DNA of 45,341 bases from Nemertoderma westbladi (Eukaryota; Animalia; Xenacoelomorpha), in assembly GCA_032718475.1 (NCBI GenBank), contig JAUCBJ010005132.1, positions 1-45,341 of the forward strand, read 5' to 3'. Numbering within the stretch: position 1 is the stretch's first letter; every line of letters starts with the position of its first letter. Shown here one piece after another: positions 39,151 through 45,341 of the stretch. A program made the position numbers and the translations under genes. The notes under the pieces are model-generated. The model did no database searches and was not told the origin of the DNA. It was given only the letters and a program-made list of their open reading frames with translations.

Positions 39151-40338
39151 CTTGCCTCAGATTCACCAATGACTTTGTTGGTCGGGGTGGAACATGAGAG
39201 TAGCCTCCAACTCCAGAATCCCTCTCCCCCTCACAATCTGGCCTCCCTGGTGACCCAGGGTTTGAGCCAGAAAGGTCATCAGGAAAGGGACTCAAAGAAT
39301 TGTTGGCTGCCCTCTCTCCAGAGGGGGGGGGGGGGGGGGGGGTGAGACAGGCAGCCGGTCAGGAGATAACTGACGCCTGTGAGACCGATTGTGTCCGGTA
39401 ATTCCACTGGCCTCTAGTGGCCGGACCTCCGCATTACTAATGTAATCCATAGTGGGGGTTGGGGGGTGCTTTTTCGCCGAGTCAGCTCTCGGAGCAAATA
39501 CCACACCCTGGTTTGGCATTCGACAGGTTGGGTGTCGCAGTCAGATATGAGGCCCATCACCCATATCTACTCTGGCGCACATGACCCACCATTGGCTGTG
39601 CAGCTCATCTGCTGGGTCATTCCCTTTACCCCTGCTGCCAGGTGCAGGTCGCAGTGAAGTGCACTCAGAGTGGACATTGGAACACTCTACTCCTGACCAG
39701 CCATTGGTAGATCACCATCTGCCTGGCCAGGCCATATACCCCTGCAGCCAAGTATATGGGCCCTTAATCCAGGACCCAGGGCGTCCTTATCCCAGAACGA
39801 AGGGGATCCTAGTTACAGGACCAGATTTGCCCTAGTAAGAGGGTCTATGCAGCTACAGGTGGCACCTCCTCTATGCTGCATGGAGGTGGCAAGTTTTCCT
39901 GATCATTGACCTAGAATACCTGACCTGACCTGACCTGAATCTTCTTTCTGTACCCCTTTGGCCTGCAACACAGTCAGTGGGTCGTCTCTTGGCGCAGCAG
40001 TTACCTATTATTCCCAATCTTGCTCCCTTCAAAACTCCTCGCAATCAGGGCTTAAAAAGTAGCAGACGGATATACAATGAACCCTAGAATCATATGACAC
40101 AACTTAGAATAATGTTTGGTTAAGAAAAAAGTTAGAATAATGGAAAGCGGACGTCCCTAATGGGAAACCTAATGAGTGTGGGATTCCACGTGTTCCCATT
40201 ACAGCCTCCCTCCCCATAATCAGTAATAGGATGGCTCAACAGTCGTGAAACTTACAACATTTAAAAGACTGTTTATTTATTATGTATTAGATGTATTTTA
40301 TGTTTTGTGATTGTTCTTCACTTTTTTGTAGCACAACA

Positions 40339-41033
40339 GGTTCAGTTTGACTTACCCAATGGTTCAGTTTGATTCACCTAATGGTTCAGTTTTACTCTCA
40401 CAATGGTTCAGTTTCACTCACACATTGGTTCAGTTTGACTCACACATTGGTTCGGTTTCACTCAACTAATGGTTCAGTTTGAATCACACCTTGGTTCAGT
40501 TTACTAACCCAATGGTTCAGTTTGACTCACACATTGGTTCAGTTTGACTCACACATTGGTACAGTTTGACTCACACATTGGTTCAGTTTCAATCAACTAA
40601 TAGTTCATTTTGAATCACACGGTTCAGTTTGACTTACACATTGGTTCAGTTTGACTCACACATTGGTTCAGTTTGACTCACACATTAGTTCAGTTTGACT
40701 CAACTAATGGTTGAGTTTGACTCCCACAGTGGTTCAGTTTGACTCACACAATGGTTCAGTTTGACTCATACATTGGTTCAGTTTGACTCACCTATTGGTT
40801 CAGTTTGACTCACACATTGGTTCAGTTTGACTCACCCATTGGTTCAGTTTAACTCACACATTGGTTAAGTTTGACTCACCTAATGCTTCCGTTTGACTCA
40901 ACTAATGGTTCAGTTTGACTTACCTATTGGTTAAGTTTGACTTGAACATTGGTTATGTTTGACTCACACATTCGTTCAGTTTGACTCAGCCATTGGTTCA
41001 GTTTGACTCACCCATTGGTTCAGTTTGACTCAC
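40339..41033. repeat. 22-bp minisatellite (TGGTTCAGTTTGACTCACACAT)n, ~31 diverged units
   Basis: Visible periodicity. On the gene strand the unit is GTGAGTCAAACTGAACCAATG(T/G), starting with the donor motif. Confidence 0.97.
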
Positions 41034-44000
41034 CTATCCCGTAACCCTCACCACCGAACGGCGCACCAACCGAACGTAGAACGCTGACTCACCTATCCCG
41101 TAACCCTCACCACCGAACGGCGCACCAACCGAACGTAGAACGCTGACTCACCTATCCCGTAACCCTCACCACCGAACGGCGCACCAACCGAACGTAGAAC
41201 GCTGACTCACCTATCCCGTAACCCTCACCACCGAACGGCGCACCAACCGAACGTAGAACGCTGACTCACCTATCCCGTAACCCTCACCACCGAACGGCGC
41301 ACCAACCGAACGTAGAACGCTGACTCACCTATCCCGTAACCCTCACCACCGAACGGCGCACCAACCGAACGTAGAACGCTGACTCACCTATCCCGTAACC
41401 CTCACCACCGAACGGCGCACCAACCGAACGTAGAACGCTGACTCACCTATCCCGTAACCCTCACCACCGAACGGCGCACCAACCGAACGTAGAACGCTGA
41501 CTCACCTATCCCGTAACCCTCACCACCGAACGGCGCACCAACCGAACGTAGAACGCTGACTCACCTATCCCGTAACCCTCACCACCGAACGGCGCACCAA
41601 CCGAACGTAGAACGCTGACTCACCTATCCCGTAACCCTCACCACCGAACGGCGCACCAACCGAACGTAGAACGCTGACTCACCTATCCCGTAACCCTCAC
41701 CACCGAACGGCGCACCAACCGAACGTAGAACGCTGACTCACCTATCCCGTAACCCTCACCACCGAACGGCGCACCAACCGAACGTAGAACGCTGACTCAC
41801 CTATCCCGTAACCCTCACCACCGAACGGCGCACCAACCGAACGTAGAACGCTGACTCACCTATCCCGTAACCCTCACCACCGAACGGCGCACCAACCGAA
41901 CGTAGAACGCTGACTCACCTATCCCGTAACCCTCACCACCGAACGGCGCACCAACCGAACGTAGAACGCTGACTCACCTATCCCGTAACCCTCACCACCG
42001 AACGGCGCACCAACCGAACGTAGAACGCTGACTCACCTATCCCGTAACCCTCACCACCGAACGGCGCACCAACCGAACGTAGAACGCTGACTCACCTATC
42101 CCGTAACCCTCACCACCGAACGGCGCACCAACCGAACGTAGAACGCTGACTCACCTATCCCGTAACCCTCACCACCGAACGGCGCACCAACCGAACGTAG
42201 AACGCTGACTCACCTATCCCGTAACCCTCACCACCGAACGGCGCACCAACCGAACGTAGAACGCTGACTCACCTATCCCGTAACCCTCACCACCGAACGG
42301 CGCACCAACCGAACGTAGAACGCTGACTCACCTATCCCGTAACCCTCACCACCGAACGGCGCACCAACCGAACGTAGAACGCTGACTCACCTATCCCGTA
42401 ACCCTCACCACCGAACGGCGCACCAACCGAACGTAGAACGCTGACTCACCTATCCCGTAACCCTCACCACCGAACGGCGCACCAACCGAACGTAGAACGC
42501 TGACTCACCTATCCCGTAACCCTCACCACCGAACGGCGCACCAACCGAACGTAGAACGCTGACTCACCTATCCCGTAACCCTCACCACCGAACGGCGCAC
42601 CAACCGAACGTAGAACGCTGACTCACCTATCCCGTAACCCTCACCACCGAACGGCGCACCAACCGAACGTAGAACGCTGACTCACCTATCCCGTAACCCT
42701 CACCACCGAACGGCGCACCAACCGAACGTAGAACGCTGACTCACCTATCCCGTAACCCTCACCACCGAACGGCGCACCAACCGAACGTAGAACGCTGACT
42801 CACCTATCCCGTAACCCTCACCACCGAACGGCGCACCAACCGAACGTAGAACGCTGACTCACCTATCCCGTAACCCTCACCACCGAACGGCGCACCAACC
42901 GAACGTAGAACGCTGACTCACCTATCCCGTAACCCTCACCACCGAACGGCGCACCAACCGAACGTAGAACGCTGACTCACCTATCCCGTAACCCTCACCA
43001 CCGAACGGCGCACCAACCGAACGTAGAACGCTGACTCACCTATCCCGTAACCCTCACCACCGAACGGCGCACCAACCGAACGTAGAACGCTGACTCACCT
43101 ATCCCGTAACCCTCACCACCGAAGATCCCGTAACCCTCACCACCGAACGGCGCACCAACCGAACGTAGAACGCTGACTCACCTATCCCGTAACCCTCACC
43201 ACCGAACGGCGCACCAACCGAACGTAGAACGCTGACTCACCTATCCCGTAACCCTCACCACCGAACGGCGCACCAACCGAACGTAGAACGCTGACTCACC
43301 TATCCCGTAACCCTCACCACCGAACGGCGCACCAACCGAACGTAGAACGCTGACTCACCTATCCCGTAACCCTCACCACCGAACGGCGCACCAACCGAAC
43401 GTAGAACGCTGACTCACCTATCCCGTAACCCTCACCACCGAACGGCGCACCAACCGAACGTAGAACGCTGACTCACCTATCCCGTAACCCTCACCACCGA
43501 ACGGCGCACCAACCGAACGTAGAACGCTGACTCACCTATCCCGTAACCCTCACCACCGAACGGCGCACCAACCGAACGTAGAACGCTGACTCACCTATCC
43601 CGTAACCCTCACCACCGAACGGCGCACCAACCGAACGTAGAACGCTGACTCACCTATCCCGTAACCCTCACCACCGAACGGCGCACCAACCGAACGTAGA
43701 ACGCTGACTCACCTATCCCGTAACCCTCACCACCGAACGGCGCACCAACCGAACGTAGAACGCTGACTCACCTATCCCGTAACCCTCACCACCGAACGGC
43801 GCACCAACCGAACGTAGAACGCTGACTCACCTATCCCGTAACCCTCACCACCGAACGGCGCACCAACCGAACGTAGAACGCTGACTCACCTATCCCGTAA
43901 CCCTCACCACCGAACGGCGCACCAACCGAACGTAGAACGCTGACTCACCTATCCCGTAACCCTCACCACCGAACGGCGCACCAACCGAACGTAGAACGCT

Positions 44001-44353
44001 GACTCACCTATCCCGTAACCCTCACCACCGAACGGCGCACCAACCGAACGTAGAACGCTGACTCACCTATCCCGTAACCCTCACCACCGAACGGCGCACC
44101 AACCGAACGTAGAACGCTGACTCACCTATCCCGTAACCCTCACCACCGAACGGCGCACCAACCGAACGTAGAACGCTGACTCACCTATCCCGTAACCCTC
44201 ACCACCGAACGGCGCACCAACCGAACGTAGAACGCTGACTCACCTATCCCGTAACCCTCACCACCGAACGGCGCACCAACCGAACGTAGAACGCTGACTC
44301 ACCTATCCCGTAACCCTCACCACCGAACGGCGCACCAACCGAACGTAGAACGC
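41026..44353. repeat. 59-bp tandem array, 56 essentially identical units, made of exon 3' end plus splice donor
   Basis: Unit TGACTCACCTATCCCGTAACCCTCACCACCGAACGGCGCACCAACCGAACGTAGAACGC. 35 units, one unit with a 24-bp internal duplication (43091-43173), then 20 units. The last unit overlaps the real exon. Confidence 0.99.
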
Positions 44354-44439
44354 ACTCGGGATCTGTGGCCACCTCGTGCGTGATTATTGGATTATCGTAT
44401 ATAAACATATCCAACGTGCTTGGATGGCTGTCGTTGCCC
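44303..44439 (-). CDS. GRIN3: Internal exon of an NMDA-type glutamate receptor, GluN3-like (S2 ligand-binding lobe)
   Basis: Acceptor tgtgtttccAG, donor G|GTGAGT, 137 nt (phase 2 to 1). Translates GNDSHPSTLDMFIYDNPIITHEVATDPECVLRSVGAPFGGEGYGI(G), matching from memory GluN3 [38 protein letters not shown]. Confidence 0.92.
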
Positions 44440-44566
44440 CTGGAAACACAAGACAAGGTATCCAATTACTCCTACATTTATAACAACAGTCTGAATAATG
44501 CATCTCACTCAATTGTTCGAAATCTCCCTCTCCTTTGTCCCACAGCTTTAAGAATCATTGAACATA

Positions 44567-44588
44567 CCCCCCCCCCCCCCCCCCCCCC
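44567..44588. repeat. Poly-C homopolymer (~22 nt)
   Basis: Directly visible. Confidence 0.9.
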
Positions 44589-44737
44589 ATCTTTTAATGA
44601 AGAAACCATCATTTTGGTTTATATAATGCGGAATTTTGAATTCGGAGTCTGTAAAATTTTTTAACGACTCCATCATTTATTTGTAATTATTTACAATTAT
44701 AATTAGACAAAATAAAATAGAAAATGTTAAGGCCTTT

Positions 44738-45341
44738 GCTAATGAATAATGTGGTACTCGCTAGAAACCATGGCTGAGTGCTTAATGAATAATGTGGCAC
44801 TCACTAGAAACCATGGCTGAGTGCTTAATGAATAATGTGGTACTCGATAGAAACCATGGCTGAGTGCTTAATGAATAATGTGGTACTCACTAGAAACCAT
44901 GGCTGAGTGCTTAATGAATAATGTGGTACTCACTAGAAACCATGGCTGAGTGCTTAATGAATAATGTGGTACTCACTAGAAACCATGGCTGAGTGCTTAC
45001 TGAATAATGTGGTACTCACTAGAAACCATGGCTGAGTGCTTATTGAATAATGTGGTACTCACTAGAAACCATGGCTGAGTGCTTAATGAATAATGTGGTA
45101 CTCACTAGAAACCATGGCTGAGTGCTTAATGAATAATGTGGTACTCACTAGAAACCATGGCTGAGTGCTTAATGAATAATGAGATACTCACTAGAAACCA
45201 TGGCTGAGTGCTTAATGAATAATGTGGTACTCACTAGAAACCATGGCTGAGTGCTTAATGAATAATGAGGTACTCACTAGAAACCATGGCTGAGTGCTTA
45301 ATGAATAATGTGGTACTCACTAGAAACCATGGCTGAGTGCT
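44738..45341. repeat. 43-bp minisatellite (GCTTAATGAATAATGTGGTACTCACTAGAAACCATGGCTGAGT)n, ~14 units, running off the window
   Basis: 43-bp spacing of CTAGAAACCA (44761, 44804, ...). The gene-strand unit contains GTGAGTA. Confidence 0.98.

Larger units (their letters stand above)
37089..39940 (-). mobile_element. RTE-like LINE, both ends apparently retained, with an internal deletion in the reverse transcriptase
   Basis: APE motifs (GVQEHR, CYSPT, LGDFNA, SQIDHIL, SDHRLI), RT C-terminal motifs (LDFADD, FCYLGS, VLLYGS), (GTA)n 3' tail at 37089-37106, and direct repeat CTTCTTTCT at 37080-37088 and 39941-39949 as TSD. Confidence 0.9.

Noticed and set aside
37143-39835. Plus-strand ORFs over the LINE
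   Set aside because: Antisense shadows of the LINE coding region with no recognisable motifs.
41026-44302. Array of 50-nt exons separated by 9-nt GT..AG micro-introns (GTGAGTCAG)
   Set aside because: 9 nt is far below spliceosomal minimum intron size, there is no branch point or pyrimidine tract, and 50 nt would shift the frame.
41026-44353. CRISPR array
   Set aside because: Head-to-tail identical units with no unique spacers, no cas genes, eukaryotic context; the unit derives from the adjacent exon.
44244-44465. Stand-alone 73-aa gene
   Set aside because: It is the internal exon plus intronic read-through on both sides.

Overview
Eukaryotic (animal, probably invertebrate) genomic DNA. The window holds the 3' part of a minus-strand ionotropic glutamate receptor gene of the NMDA GluN3 (GRIN3) type, which the ORF track mostly misses. 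Four exons splice in frame with canonical GT-AG sites: 44439-44303, 36650-36534, 7175-6970 and 4872-~4732. They encode the S2 ligand-binding lobe, the M4 helix and the start of the C-terminal tail. Two further C-terminal exons are possible. The introns contain a ~29 kb 16-bp satellite, 59-, 22- and 43-bp tandem arrays, a (GGAC)n microsatellite, an internally deleted RTE-like LINE, a decayed CRE-like RLE retrotransposon interrupted by a tRNA-derived SINE, and nested non-autonomous DNA transposons. The most striking pattern is the link between tandem arrays and splice donors. The 16-, 22- and 59-bp arrays each start at a 5' splice donor and carry that donor, or a close variant, in register in every unit. 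The 59-mer is 51 nt of coding exon plus 8 nt of donor, copied 56 times. The 43-mer also carries GTGAGTA and may be anchored the same way outside the window.
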